This document shows positions 11,701-25,454 of a stretch of 64,000 nucleotides of DNA, piece by piece. The notes under the pieces are model-generated. The model was given only the letters and a program-made list of their open reading frames with translations. It had not been told where the DNA came from and made no database searches. The number at the start of each line of letters is the position of its first letter. Position 1 is the first letter of the stretch. Source of the DNA: Squalus acanthias (Eukaryota); contig JASTWF010000323.1 in assembly GCA_030390025.1 (NCBI GenBank), positions 248,001-312,000 of the forward strand, given 5' to 3'. A program made the position numbers and the translations under genes.

Positions 11701-14700
11701 TAATGATCCAGAGAACGAGAGTTCAAATCCCACACCGAAGTTTGAGAATTTGAATTGAAGTTTAAAAAACTAGGTACGAAAAGCCTGCTATCACTGAAAG
11801 TGACTGACACATGGAGTGGATTTATCCTGTGAATATTCTCTCGCTAACACTCAGTGTTCATTAATGTTCAAATATACATGGGAGGAATTTGTCTCTGATA
11901 TAGGTCGGCTTGGACACTGATTTGGGAGGGATTTGTCTCTGATATGTGTGAGATTTGTCTCTGGTATGGGAAGGAATTGTGTCTATGGATTCTGAATCTC
12001 TTGTCTCCTCCGCAGTTCCTATATTCTCAGCATTTAGAACATACTCTGATCAATCTTTGTCAGGTCTGAAGTGGATGAACTCACAAGTTCATGATCACTG
12101 AGTGTTCGAAAGAGAATATTCACAGGGTGAAACCCTCCAATATCACTAATGTATTATTAATGAGCGATGGTCTATCAATATCTCTGTCTAGTGTACAGCA
12201 TACATTAATCCTTCCACATACAGGCTCTTGGTGATTCTTGACATTTAATTTAAATAAACAGACCATCGCAGTCCCTTGACTGTCTCAGTGTTAGTGGGTG
12301 AACAGCAGTCAGGGTCTGAAACATTCATATCTGGTCAGGGGCCCCACAGTGTCGCGTGTCCTGGTTACACAAACATTCTCGCTGCTCGCTCTCTCTGCTC
12401 ACTCTAGTTTGCATATGTTGCAAAATGTTCTCCTGTGCCCTTTAAAATATCTTGTCCGTGCTCCTGATGTGAACAATCAATTGTTCTCAGTCTGTCAGCA
12501 TCATCTGAGCTGTACAATTAATCCCACTCCCCTGCAATTTACCCATAGACCTGTAAATCATATCCCGTAAAAAATATATCCAATTCCCGTTTCAAAGTTA
12601 CTATTGAACCTGCTACCAGCGCCCTTTCAGGCAGTGCATTCCAGATCACAACAACACGCTGTGTAAAAAAAAAATGTTTCCTTATGTCGCCTCTGGTTCT
12701 TTTGCCAATCACCTTAAATCTGCGTCCTCTGGTCACTGACCCTTCTGCCACTAGAAAGAGCTTATCCTGATGCACTCTATCAAAACTATTCATGGTTTTG
12801 AACTCCTCAATCAAATATTCTCTTAATCTTCACTGTTGTAAGGAGAACAAACCCAGCTTCTCCAGTCTCTCCAAAGAACTGAAGTCCCTCATTCCTGGTA
12901 ACATTCTAATAAATCTCCTCTTCACCCTCTCCATGGCCTTGACAACCTGCCTAAAATGTGCTGCCCAGAATTGGACACAATACTCCAGCTGGGGCCTAAC
13001 CAGTGCTTTATAAAGGTTTAGCAATAACTTCCTTGTTTTTGTATGCTGTGCCGTGACTAATAAAGGTCAGAAACCCGGATTTTTTTTAACAGCCTTCTCA
13101 ACGTGTTCTTCCAAAATTTGTGTACATACAGCCGCAGGTCTCTCTGTTCCTGCACCCCCTTTAAAATTTAGTTCACATTGACTCTCCTCATTTATCCTAC
13201 CAAAATGTATCACCTCACAACAAACTCCCACTTTTTACAGGCTGACATTGTCTTACCCTCTGATGTGTAGAGAAAACAAAGATGGATGCCCTTCCATTTG
13301 CCTCTCTGGATCATTCTGCTTCTGCCCGATACCATTACCCAAAAATATCCCCTCAGCATCAGCTCAATACTGACACATTACTGACACGGGAGGGATTCAA
13401 ACTGAAAATATTATCCCGCTAACACTCAGTGCCCATCAAAGACCCAGCCCTGGAGATGCTTGCCATTCAATTTAAGTACAGAGACCATCGCAGTCCTTTT
13501 ACTCACCGAGTGCTGGTGAGTGAGCAAAAGTCAATGTCTGGGACATTGACATTGGGTCAGGGCCTCTCAGTGTCCCACGTCCTGGTTACACAGACACTCT
13601 CCCAGTACGACATAATCTGGAGTAACTGTGTTCAATTCTGGGCACCGCACCTCAGGAAGGATATATTGGCCTTGGAGGGATTGCCGCGCAGATTCACCAG
13701 AATGATACCGTGTCTAAAACTGTTAAATTATGAGGACAGGTTGCATCGACTAGGCTTGTATTCCCTTGACTATAAAATATGAGGGAGTGAATTATTGTAG
13801 TGTTTTAGAAGATTAAAGGAGTTGATAGGGTAACTAGAGATGAACTCTTTCCACTGGTGTGTTGGGGGTGGTGGGGAGTGGGTGCGGGGGGGGGGGGCGG
13901 GGTGGTGGTGGCGGTGTTCAGAACAAGGGGCATAATATTAAAATTAGAGCTGGGCCGTTCAGTGGTGATACAAGGAAGTACTTCTTCACACAAATTGAAG
14001 TGGAAATATGGAACTCTCGCCCCCATAAATCTGTTGAGACTGGGGGGGGGGAAATAAAAATTTTGGAAACTGATATTGATAGATTTTTTGGCGGTAAGTT
14101 TATTAAAGTTACGTAACCAATGGGGGTCGATGGAATTAAGGTACAGATCAACCTGTACCTGATTGAATGCTGGAGCAGGCTTGAGGGGCAGAATTGCCTC
14201 CTCCAGTTCCTAAGTATCCATGAATGTATGAACCTAAAAATTATCTCTCTGTCTCTCTACCCTTTAGTTTGCATTACCTGTGAAATGAGCAGCTGTGAGC
14301 TTCAGCAGATCTTATCCGTGCTTCTGATTTCGTTAATTTATTTTTCTGTCTCTGAGCATCCTCTGACAAACAACACGCTCCCTCCCACCTTTTGAAGGCT
14401 GAAATTTTCTTGCCTGCAACACACAGCGTACAACATTCAAATCTGTTAACCACAGTGGAAGCAAAGTTCACGCAGACTCAGTGTGGCATCGACCATGTTC
14501 TTTGTATGCTGGAATTAACTCACAGGGATTCACAGATTCGTCAACATGGCTCAAAATGGCGATTGAATGAAACTATCAGGGATCAGGCCTTGAACATGAT
14601 CTGTTTGAGAGTGAGATGGAAAGTCAGTCAGCCCTTTTAAATCTGTAACACAAAGCAATCAGGTGCTACAAAAAGATTCAGATTACTCAGGGGACGTTAG

Positions 14701-17700
14701 TCTAGTGTTTATATCACTGGACTATTGATTCAGAGAACTAGAGCTCACATACCACCCTGATAGTTTGAGAATTTAAATTCAAGTTTAAAAATCTGGTTAT
14801 GAAAAGCTTCGTATCAGTGAAATTAGCGGACACATGGAGTGGATTTATCCTGTGAATATTCTCTCGCTTGCACACAGTGTCCATTAATGCTCAAATATAC
14901 ATGGGTGGGATGTGTATCTGATATAGGTGGAATTTGACACTGATTTGGGAGGTATTTGTCTCTGATATGGGAGGGATGTATCTCTGATATGGGAAGGATT
15001 TATGTAAATGGATGCCTGAATCTCTTGTCTACGCCACAGTTCCTAGCTTCTTACCATTTAGAAAATACCCTGATCTATCTTTCTCAGGTCCGAATTCAGT
15101 GAAATCACACGTTAATGTGCACAGAGTGTTAGAATATTCACAGGGTAAATCCCTCCCATATCAGAAGTGTGTCATTAATGTGCGATGCTCTATGACTATC
15201 TCTTTCCAGTGTACAGCTTACACTGATCCTTCGACATACATACTCTTGGTGATTCTTCAAGTTTAATATAATACAGAGACAATCATAGTCCCTTTACTAT
15301 CCCAGTGTTAGAGGGTGAGCAGCAGTCAAGGGTCTGAGACACTAATATCTGGTTAGCGGCCCCACAGTGTCGCGTGTCCTGGTTACACAAACATTCTCGT
15401 TGCTTGCTCTCTCTCCTCACTCTAGTTTGCATATGTTGCTAAATGTTCTCCTGTGCCCTTTAAACTATCTTGTCCGTGCTCCTGATGTGAACAATCAATT
15501 GTTCTCAGTATGTCAGCATCATCTGAGCTGTCCAATTAATTCCAATCCCCTGCAATTTCCCCATAGACCTGTAAATCATATCCCGTCAGAAATGTCTCCA
15601 ATTCCCTTTTTAAAGTTACTGTTGAATCTGCTTCCAGTGCCCTTTCAGGCAGTGCATTCCAGATCACAACAACTCGCTGTGTAAAAAAAAAATCCTTAAA
15701 TCGCCTCTGGTTCTTTTGCCAATCACCTTAAATCTGTGTCCTCTGGTTACCGACCCTTCTGCCACTTGAAAGAGCTTATACTGATTCACTCTTTCAAAAC
15801 TATTCATGGTTTTGAACACCTCAATCAAATCTTCTCTTACTCTTCTCTGCTCTAAGGAGAACAACCCCAGCTTCTCCAGTCTCTCCACAGAACTGAAGTC
15901 CCCCATTCCTGATACCATTCTAATAAATCTCCTCTTCACCCTCTCCATGGCCTTGACAAACTGCCTAAAATGTGCTCCCCAGAATTGGACACAATACTCC
16001 AGCTGAGGCCTTGCCAGTGCTTTATAAAAGTTTATCAATAACTTCCTTGCTTTTGTATTCTGTGCCGCGAGTAATAAAGCTCAGAATCCCGAATGTTTTT
16101 TTAACAGCCTTCTCAACTTGTCCTTCCAAGATTTGTGTGCATACAGCCGCAGGTCTCTCTGTTCCTGCACCCACTTTAAAATTAGTTCACATTGCCTCTC
16201 CTCATTTATCCTACCAAAATGTATCACCTCACAACAAACTCCCACTTTTTACAGGCTGACATTGTGTTACCCTCTGATGTGTGGAGAAAACAAAGATGGA
16301 TGCCCTTCCATTTGCCTCTCTGGATCATTCTGCTTCTGCCCGATTCCATTCCCCAAAAATGTCCCCTCAGCATCAGCTAAATACTGACACATTACTGACA
16401 CGGGAGGGATTCAACCTGAAAATATTCTCTCGCTAACACTCAGTGCCCATTAAAGTCCCAGCCCTGGTGATGCTTGGCTTTCAATTTAAGTACAGAGACC
16501 ATCGCAGTCCTTTTATTCTCCGAGTGCTGGTGAGTGAGCAACAGTCAGTGTCTGGGACATTGACATCCGGTCAGGGCCTCGCAGTGTCCCACGTCCTGGT
16601 TACACAGACACTCTCCCAGTACGACATAATCTGGAGTACTGTGTTCAATTCTGGGCACCGCACCTCAGGAAGGATATATTGGCCTTGGAGGGGGTGCAGC
16701 GCAGATTCACCAGAATGATACCGTGTCTAAAAGGACTAAATTATGAGGACAGGTTGCATAGACTAGGCTTTTATTCCATTGACTATAGAATATGAAGGAG
16801 TGAATTATTGTAGTGTTTAAGATGATTAAATGAGTTGATAGGACAACTAGAGATCAACTCTTTCCACTGGTGTTGGTGGGTGGGTGGTGGCGGAGTTCAG
16901 AACAAGGGGCATAATCTTAAAATTAGAGCTGGGCTTCAGTGGTGATATCATGAAGCATTTCTTCACACACATTGTACTGGAAATCTGGAACTCTCGCAGC
17001 CATAAAGCTGTAGAGGCTGGGGAGGTAAATTAAACGTTTGAAAACTGATATTGATTGATTTTGTTGCGGTAAGCTTATTAAAGTTACGTAACCAAGGGGG
17101 TAGAAGGAGTTATGGTACAGATCAACCATGACCTGATTGAATGCTGGAGCAGGCTTGAGGGGTTGAATTGCCTCCTCCAGTTGCTAAGTATCCATGTTTC
17201 TATGACCCTAAAAATTCTCTCTCTGTCTCTCTTCCCTTTAGTTTGCATTAGCTGTGAAATGAGCAGCTGTGAGCTTCAGCAGATCTAATCCGTGCTTCTG
17301 ATCAGGTTAGTTGACTGTTCTGTCTCTGAGCAACCTGTGACAAACAACACGCTCCCTCCCACCTTTTGAAGGCTGACATTGTCTTGCCTGCAACACACAG
17401 CGTACAACATTCAAATCTGTTGACCACAGTGGAAGCAAAGATCACGCAGACTCAGAAGTGACAATGGGTCCAATGTGGCAGCGAGTTACTTCCTTGTATG
17501 CTGGAATTAACCCATGGGGATTCACAGATTCGGCAATATGGGAGAATGGAGATTGATGAAACTATCGGGGACCAGGCCTTGAACATGAGCTGGTTGGGAG
17601 TGAGATTGAAAGTCAGTCAGCCCTTTTCACACAGTAACACTGAGCAATCAGGTGCTACAAAAAGATTGAGATCACTGAGGGTACGGTTGCACAGTGGTTA

Positions 17701-19100
17701 TGCCACTGGACTATTGATCCAGAGAACGAGAGTTCAAATCCCACCCTTGGAAGTTTGAGAATTTGAATTCAAGTTTAAAAATCTGGTATGAAAAGCCTGG
17801 TATCAGTGAAAGTGGCTGACACATGGAGTGGATTTATCCAGTGAATATTCTCTCGCTAACACACAGTGTCCATTAATGTTCAAATATACATGGGTGGGAT
17901 GTGTATCTGATATAGGTGGGATTTGACACTTATTTGGGAGGGATTTGTCTATGATATGATGGATGTGTCTCTGATATGGGAAGGATTTATGTAAATGGAT
18001 ACCTGAATCTCTTGGCTACTCCACAGTTCCACGCTTCTTACCATTTAGAAAATACTCTGATCTATCTTTCTCAGGTCGGAATTCAGTGAAATCACATGTT
18101 CATGGGCACAGAGTGTTAGAAAGTGAATATTCACAGTGGAAATCCCTCCCATATCAGTAGTGTGTCATTAATGGTCGATGGTCTATCAATATCTCTTTCC
18201 AGTGTACAGCTTACACTAATCCTTCGACATACACACTCTTGGTGATTCTTGACATTTAATTTAAATACAGAGACCATCGCAGTCCCTTTACTGTCCCAGT
18301 GTTAGTGGGTGAGCAGCAGTCAGGGTCTGGGACATTGATATCTCTTCAGGGACCTCACAGTGTCGCGTGTCCTGGTTACACAAACACTCTCCCAGCTCGC
18401 TCTCTCCTCAGTCCAATTTGCATATGTTGCTAAATGTACTCCTATGCTTTTTAAAATATATTTTCCGTGCTTCTGATGTGAACAATCTATTGTTGTCACT
18501 CTGTCAGCAACATCTGACAAACATAACATCATAGAATCATCAAATGGTACAGCACAGAAGGAGGCCATTCGCCCCATCGTGCCTGTGCCTGCTCTTTGAA
18601 AGGGCTGTCCAATTAATCCACTCCCCTGCTCTTTCCGCATAGACCTGTAAATCATATCCCTTCAAAAATAATCCGATTCCCTTTTGAAAGTTACTATTGA
18701 ATCTGCTTCCAGTGCCCTTTCAGGCAGTGCATTTCAGATCACAACAACTCGCTGTGTAAAGAAAACGTTTCCTCTGGTTCTTTTGCCAATCACTTTAAAT
18801 CTGTGTCCTCTGCTCACTGACCATTCTGCCACTGGAAACAGATTATCCTTATTCACTCTATCAAAACGATTCATGATTTTGAACACCTCAATCAAATTTC
18901 CTCTCAATCTTTCTGCTCTAAGGAGAAAAACTCCAGATTCTCCAGTCTCTCCATAGAACTGAAGTCCCTCATCACTGGTACCATTCCAGTAAACCTCCTC
19001 TGCACCCTCTCCGTGACATCCTTCCTAAAATGTGTTGCCAGAATTGAACACAATATTCCAGCTGAAGCTTAAGCAGTGTTTTATTAAAGTTTATCACAAC
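5740..19100. repeat. Segmental tandem array: four full ~2.6-3.1 kb units (6422, 9494, 12127, 15146) plus partial units at 5740-6421 and 18139-19100
   Basis: Markers recur: aaatccctcccatatcagt (~5776, 6422, 9494, 12127, 15146, 18139) and tgtgaaatgagcagctgtgag (~8607, 11239, 14281, 17253). Each unit holds a minus-strand CR1 3' piece, a plus-strand CR1 3' piece and a SINE head. Confidence 0.93.
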
Positions 19101-19914
19101 TAAACACCGAATGCTGATATTTCTGTGATGGATTTAAAGGGCGAGGTTAATCCACTCAGTTGGATGTGTGAATGAGACCGTGAGCTGAAAGAAGCGCACT
19201 TGAATCAGAGAGCCTGGAACACTCAGTGTAATCGATCACAAACACTCCTGCACAACCCAGACTTCACTTGTTTCCCACTTGGCACAAAAGGCAGATATTA
19301 ATTATAACAATTCATTTGATTTGATTTGAAATAGTTTAGTTGATATAATGAATCATGTTTCTCTAATTGTATTTCCCAACTCAGATTGGAGGACTCATTT
19401 TTTTCTTCCAATGAGCCCCTGAACCTCATCCGGCAACGTAATGTTTGCGAGTGGTGAAGGATGTCCTTTGGAAACAACATGAAGAGAGCTCAGAGGCCGG
19501 TTGGGGCATGGGAGCAGCGCGTTCTGCAACCAATCGCGGTGCTTGAGTCGGCCAGTCAGTTGAGTCCGTGTGAACCCCTGTTAAATTATTTATCTTTTTA
19601 AAGTTAATTCAAGATTTATTTTGTCAAGAAAACAGTTTAACATTTGTCACTATTGTGTTTTAATTGAGTTCCTATTATTTGTTTCAGACACTTCAGTGCC
19701 ACATGGACTCAGTGTTCAAATGTCAATCATTTTCCTCTTTCCATGTCGCTGTTAGTTAATGTACACAGATTGATTTCCCCTCATTATGTATCAGTTTGTT
19801 ATATTTAGAGGGACAATGTCTCACCTTTCTGCACCTTTAGGAGTTAAAGTAACTTCTTCCTGTTAGTAGTGAGTCACATTCTGTACTGGGAGAGACGGCT
19901 GGTGGCTTTCAGCC

Positions 19915-20450
19915 TTTAAAATTCTCATCCTCTTGTTCAAATCCCTCCATGGCCTCGCCCTCCCTATCTCTGTGACCTCCTCCAGCCCTACAATTCTGTT
20001 AATAAGGATAAACTATTTGCCGTGTCAGGAGGTTCGGTAACCAGAGGTCACTGATTTAAGGTAATTTGAGAAAGTACCGGAAGCAACACGAGGGGGAAGA
20101 ATTCAAAAAGCAAGTTGTTATGACCTGGAATTAACAGCCTGGAAGGGCGGTGGAAACAGATTCAAAGTAACTTTCCAAAGGGAATTGGGTAAATAATTGA
20201 ATTGGAAAAAAATTGCAGGGCTAAGTCTATGAACTGTGCACTCCTTCAACTCTTTCCTCTTGTGCAACCCCCACTGCCTTCGCTCCAACATTGGCGGCCG
20301 TGCCTTCAGTTGCCGAGGCCCTAAAATCTCTGACCTGTTCCAATGTCTCCTTCTTTGGCTCAGTGTCAACGTTTGACTGATTCCGCTCTTGTGACGTGCC
20401 TGGGACGTTTTCCTACGCTAAAGGCGTTATGTAAATGTCAATTGCCGTTG
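19915..20450. mobile_element. Mixed L2-like (+) and CR1 fragments
   Basis: ttcaaatccctccatggcctcgccctccctatctct and ccaacattggcggccgtgccttcag match the L2-like piece at 39820-40430; CR1-like segment in between. Confidence 0.65.
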
Positions 20451-20544
20451 CTGTGCTACCATTGGCTCAGCTTTGCCGGACAAAATCAGCCAGGGACGGC
20501 AGTGGTGATGCTCCCCATGATAGAAATGCTGGCAGCTCGCTGTA

Positions 20545-21100
20545 TGGGCTCACAGCTCAGAATTACCACTTGGCAAGGTACTGGAGGGCAAACAGTGACT
20601 GGGGCCGAAGCCCACCATCACACAGCACCTTCAGTTTTGGCTCACAGCTCAGAATTAGCACTTGGCAAGGTACTGGAGGGCAAAAAGTGACTGGGGCCGA
20701 AACCTACCAGAATGCAGCAACTTCAGTACAGGTTCACAGCTTAAAATTACCACTTAGCAAGGTACTGGAGGGCAAACAGTGACTGGGGCCGGTCCACACC
20801 ATCACGCAGCACGTTCACTATAGGCTCACAGCTCCGAATTAACAGTTGGCAAGGTACTGGAGGCAAAGAGTGACTGGGGCTGAAGCCCACCATCACACAG
20901 CACCTTCAGTATAGGCTCACAGCTCAGAATTACCACTTGGCAAGGTCTGGAGGGCAAACAGTGACTGGGGCCGAATCCCCCCAGAATGCAGCACCTTCAG
21001 TATAGGCTCACAGCTCTAATTGCCACTTGGGAAGTTACAGGAGGGCGATCATCGACTGGGGTTAAACCCGTCACATCACGCAGCACCTTCAGTATAGGCT
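20545..21100. repeat. Minisatellite, ~92-bp unit, ~6 copies
   Basis: ggctcacagctcagaatt...cacttggcaaggtactggagggcaaacagtgactggggcc at 20547, 20639 and onward. Confidence 0.92.
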
Positions 21101-21359
21101 GGTACAATTATACAACAGCCATTCCCTCTACAGAAGAAGAAGATCCTGTAGCCGCTCTTTTGAATCGTGTTCCATAGACTCGTTCTTCAGGCCCGCAGGA
21201 ATGGGCTTCGGCGCCTGCGCACTGCAACTCGCTACATTTAGAATGCGAACGGCTGCCGAAACTGATCCTGCGCGGGGCGTCGTGGCAGATGGCAATGCCC
21301 TTATAAAGAGCGGCTGCGCACTGAACCCGCTACGGGCCTGAGCCTGAGGGAGGAAGAGG

Positions 21360-22675
21360 GCGAAAGAGAGAGAGGGAGAGAGAGAATGGGGGAGAGAGAG
21401 AGTGGCTGATAGAGAGAGAGAGTGGGTGAGAGATAGAGTCTGGGGGTAAGAGCGAGAGAGGGTGGGTGAGAGAGAGAGAGTGGGTGACAGAGAGAGACTG
21501 GGGAGAGAGCGAGTGGGCGAGAGAGAGAGAGACTGGGGAGAGAGACAGTGGGTGAGAGAGAAAGACTGGGGGAGTGAGAAGAGAGTGGATGAGAGAGAGC
21601 GTGAGATAGATTAAGAGAGTGGGTGAGATAGATTCTGGGGAGAGAGAGAGAGAGGGGGAGAGAGAGGGGAGAGAGAGACTGGGGCGAGAGAGAGAGATTG
21701 GCAGAGAGAGACTGGAGAGAGAGAGAGGGGGAGAGAGAGTGGGAGAGAGAGAGTGGGTGAGAGAGAGACTGGGGAGAGATAGAAAGACTGTGGGGGAGAG
21801 AGAGAGAGAGACTGAGAGAGAGAAGGGGAGAGTGAGAGAGTGGGGATAGAGTGAGAGAGTGGGGTAAGAAAGAGAGACTGGGGGAGAGAGAGATAGACTG
21901 GGACAGAGAGCGAAGGCAAGAGAGACTGGGTTGAGAGTGAGACTTGGGGAGAGAGTGACTGTGGTAGAGAGAGAATGGGGGAGAGAGAGGGACTGGGGTG
22001 TGTGAGAGAATGGTGGAGAGAGGGTTTACAGTGGAGAGAGATACAGAGACTGGAGAAAGAGAGAGTCAAGGGAGATGAGACGAGGGGGAGCGAGAGAATG
22101 GTCAGAGAGAGCGAGCGACTGGTCAGAGAGTGAGCGAGAGAGATTGGGGAGAGAGACACTGGGGGAGAGACTTGGGAGAGAGAGACAGTGGGAGATACTT
22201 GGAGAGAGAGAGACAGTGAGACATACTTGGGAGAGAGACGGAGAGAGAGAGAGAGAGACTGGGGAGAGAGAGAGAGAGAGACTGGGGAGAGTAAGAGACT
22301 GGGAGAGAGAGGGAGAGATTGGGGGAGAGAGAGAAAGACTGGGGAGAGAGAGTGTGGGAAGAGACAGAGACTGGGAGAGAGAGAGACGGGAGAGAGAGAG
22401 ACTGGGCAGACAGAGAGACGTGGATAGAGAATGGTGAGAGAGGGAGAGAGTCTGGGAGAGAGAGAGGTAGACCCGAGCAGAGACTGGGGGAGAGAGATAA
22501 TTGTGAGAGAGGGAGAGAGTCTGGGAGAGAGAGAATCTGGGGAGAGAGAGAGGGGCGAGAGGGAGAGAGACTCGAGAGAGATAGATAGACTGGAGCAGAG
22601 AGAGACTGGGGGAGAGAGAGACTGGGTAGAGAGGGAGAGAGACTGGGGAAGAGAGAGAGAGAGAGAGAATGGGTA
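21360..22675. repeat. GA-rich low-complexity tract with recurring GACTGGGG
   Basis: (GA)n interspersed with gactgggg/gagtggg; explains the ER- and SL-rich spurious ORFs. Confidence 0.95.
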
Positions 22676-23059
22676 GAGATATTCCCTTCGCTTCTTACAA
22701 TAGCGTTAAAACAATCTTTAACATCCACCGACAGGGCGTCAGTTAATCATCTCTTCTAAAATCTGCAGAAAGTTCTCGCTCAGGATTACACTGAGCTGGG
22801 ACACTAAGGGCTTCAGTTAATTGTGAACAGTTTATTGGAGCTGAAGTCTGATGTGTGCGCCTTCATTATCACAAGAGTAGAAATAGGAAATCATTGTCAT
22901 GATATGTTTCCTCGAAGAGGGAAAAAATTCTGCTCATTTCACAGCATATACAGGATTTCAAATGTTTAAATAAAGAGAGGAAATCTCTCTTTGGAACCGA
23001 CACTGATTCTCTGCTTCTCCTTTTGCTTCGATGTTCTTTGCAGAGCGAGCCTACAAAAC

Positions 23060-23082
23060 AAAGAGACAGAGAGTTATAAACG

Positions 23083-23122
<40 letters not shown>

Positions 23123-23950
23123 ATGACAGAGAGAGGAAGATAGAGACCGACAGGGACAGAGACAGAGACAGAGAGTGAGAGAGCGAGAGGCAAGCACAGA
23201 GGGAGATCGAGAGAGCTACAGCGACGGAGGAAGATAGACCGAAAGACAGGTTCCGAGGGAGATAGAGTGAGAGACAGAGACAGTGACAGAGTCAGAGGGA
23301 GAGCGAGCGAGAGACAGGGTCATAGGGAGATAGATAGAGAAAGACGGACATAGGGATATAGAGAGAGAGACAGGGACAGAAGGAAATATATATATATATA
23401 TATAATATATACGTGTATATATAAAGAGAGAGAGAGAGAGTCCGAGGGAAATAGAGAGAGAGAGAGAGACAATGACAGAGGGAGATAGAGAAAGAGACAG
23501 GGAAAGGGGGAGATAGAGAGAATTAGGGTCCGAGGGAGATAGAGAGAGAGAGAAAATGACAGAGGGAGATAGAGAGAGGCAGAGACAGGTACAGGGGGAG
23601 AAAGAGCGAGAGACAGGTTAGAGAGAGATAGAGACGGTGAGAGAGAGAAAGAGAGAGACAGGGACAGAGAGAGTTATAGAGAGCGAGAGAGGGACATAGG
23701 TACATAGAGAGAGAGACAATGGGAGAGGGAGATAGAGATAGATAGAGAGGGCGATAGAGAGTGAAACAGAGTGAGTGAGGAACAGAGAGAGTTAGAGAGA
23801 GAGAGAGAGAGGGACAGAGGAAGGTAGAGAGAGAGAGAGAACGGGAGAGGGAGATAGAGATAGACTGAGTGGGAGAGAGGGCGATAGAGAGAGAAACAGA
23901 GGGAGAGAGAGACAGAGAGAGAGAGAGAGACAGCGAGAGAGAGAGAGGGG
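23060..23950. repeat. GA-rich low-complexity tract with short (AT)n
   Basis: (GA)n/GACA/GATA repeats read directly. Confidence 0.95.
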
Positions 23951-24932
23951 TGAGGGTCCAGGCGCGTGTAGTCTGTTCCCGGGGATTGAGCGGTGGCCGC
24001 ACTTTGGAACAACACAGGTGGAGACGCAGCACATGTACTTTGGAAGGGGGCGAATGCAAACAATTTTTAGGCCTCCGGTGAATTTTTTTATTTATTCGGA
24101 AAACCGTTTAAAGCTGGAAAAAATAGTGCAAAGGGATATTGAATGTCCCGCGGTAAGTTCCAGTTAAATGTTGCCAGATGTTGTCCCCTTTTTGAAAGAG
24201 TTTATTAGGGTTATTTAAATCGTGTTATGAGACAGGAGGAAACGTTTATGTCCCTGTTTGAACCTCAGAGCCTGTGAGAGACGGAGAGAACGGCAGCGGA
24301 AAAAGAGGAAACAACTTCTCTAAAACTGATCCCAAATCATCGCCAAGGCTGGGGCGAGATAACCTCACCGCATTCTTAGGAAGTTTAACCACTTTATTCA
24401 CTTTCTTATTTGAGCTCTGTTTGGAATCAGAGGTTATTTTATTTTCCTGTTGCATGTTTAACGACAGGATTGAAGAGGGAAAGAGAAACTTGGAGCAAAT
24501 TCTACTGTCAATTCTGCAATAAGACTAGAAAGAATTTATAGATTTTTAATGAACTTTGCGCAAAGCATGAAAGTTAGAAACAATTTTATCCTAAGTTTCT
24601 GGTATGATTTTGGAAGAAACAGAATCAAAAATCAATTTCTACCTCATCTAAACAAATTCCAACCTGGTCTTGAAGTCCAAACGCTTTTAAGGAGGGTCTG
24701 AATTCCTTAAAACGTTTTAAAATTGAAATTTCTCAATATTTGATTTTGAACGATCGACTGAAGTGAGTCGCTTCACACAAACATGCAACTATGCTGTTGA
24801 GGTGGTGGAGGGCAGGGGAGGATTTGTAGGAGTCACATATTACATTTTATTGAATTTATAAAAATATCATTAAGACGCTTATAAGAGAACCAGGAAAGGG
24901 GATAAACACAAACCATTTTATTTTAGATTATA

Positions 24933-25332
24933 CAAAAAGAGCAAATGCTGGAAATGCTCGGCAGGTCAGGCAGCATCTGGGGAGAGAGAAACAGAGTTAA
25001 TGTTTCAGGTCTGTGACCTGTCGTCAGAACTGGAAAATGTTAGAGATGTAACAGGTATTAACCAGGTGCAGAGGCAGGGAAAGGCGGGAGGCGAGGAAAG
25101 AACAAAAGGGCCGGTCTGTGATATGGTGGAAGGCAGGAGAGTTGAAATTCTGCCTCTGCACCTGGTTAACATCTGTTACATCTTTAACTGTCTCCAGCTC
25201 TAGCGAAAGGTCCCAGATCTGAAAGGTTAGCTCTGTTTCTCTCTCTCTCCACAAATGCAGTCTGAACTACTGAGCCTTTTCCAACATTTTCTGTTTTTAT
25301 TTCAGATTCCAGCATCCGCTGTATTTTGTTAT
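24933..25332. mobile_element. Inverted pair of Penelope-like 3' termini (fold-back)
   Basis: 24933-25078 is the reverse complement of ~25150-25300 (tgcctctgcacctggttaa vs ttaaccaggtgcagaggca); both arms match the PLE terminus at 31260-31400. Confidence 0.85.
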
Positions 25333-25454
25333 TGTGAACCAATTTATTTTGTCTGTCGTTCTATAGTCTGACCAAATCCCAGGAATAATGTAAATATAGA
25401 TTTCCTCTTAAACGTTTAGTGGAATGTTAATAGAAACATGAGCTCTGTAATGAT

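Noticed and set aside
18356..18390. RSS-like CACAGTG...ACACAAACA repeated in the array modules
   Set aside because: Spacer is 15 bp (neither 12 nor 22/23), the nonamer is imperfect, and no V/D/J segment is adjacent.
22900..23050. Possible minus-strand exon after a strong acceptor (tctttgttttgtag|)
   Set aside because: Acceptor is a by-product of the CT-rich repeat; no recognisable protein in any frame and no partner exon.
21611..24081. Long SL-rich and ER-rich ORFs
   Set aside because: Translations of (GA)n low-complexity sequence.
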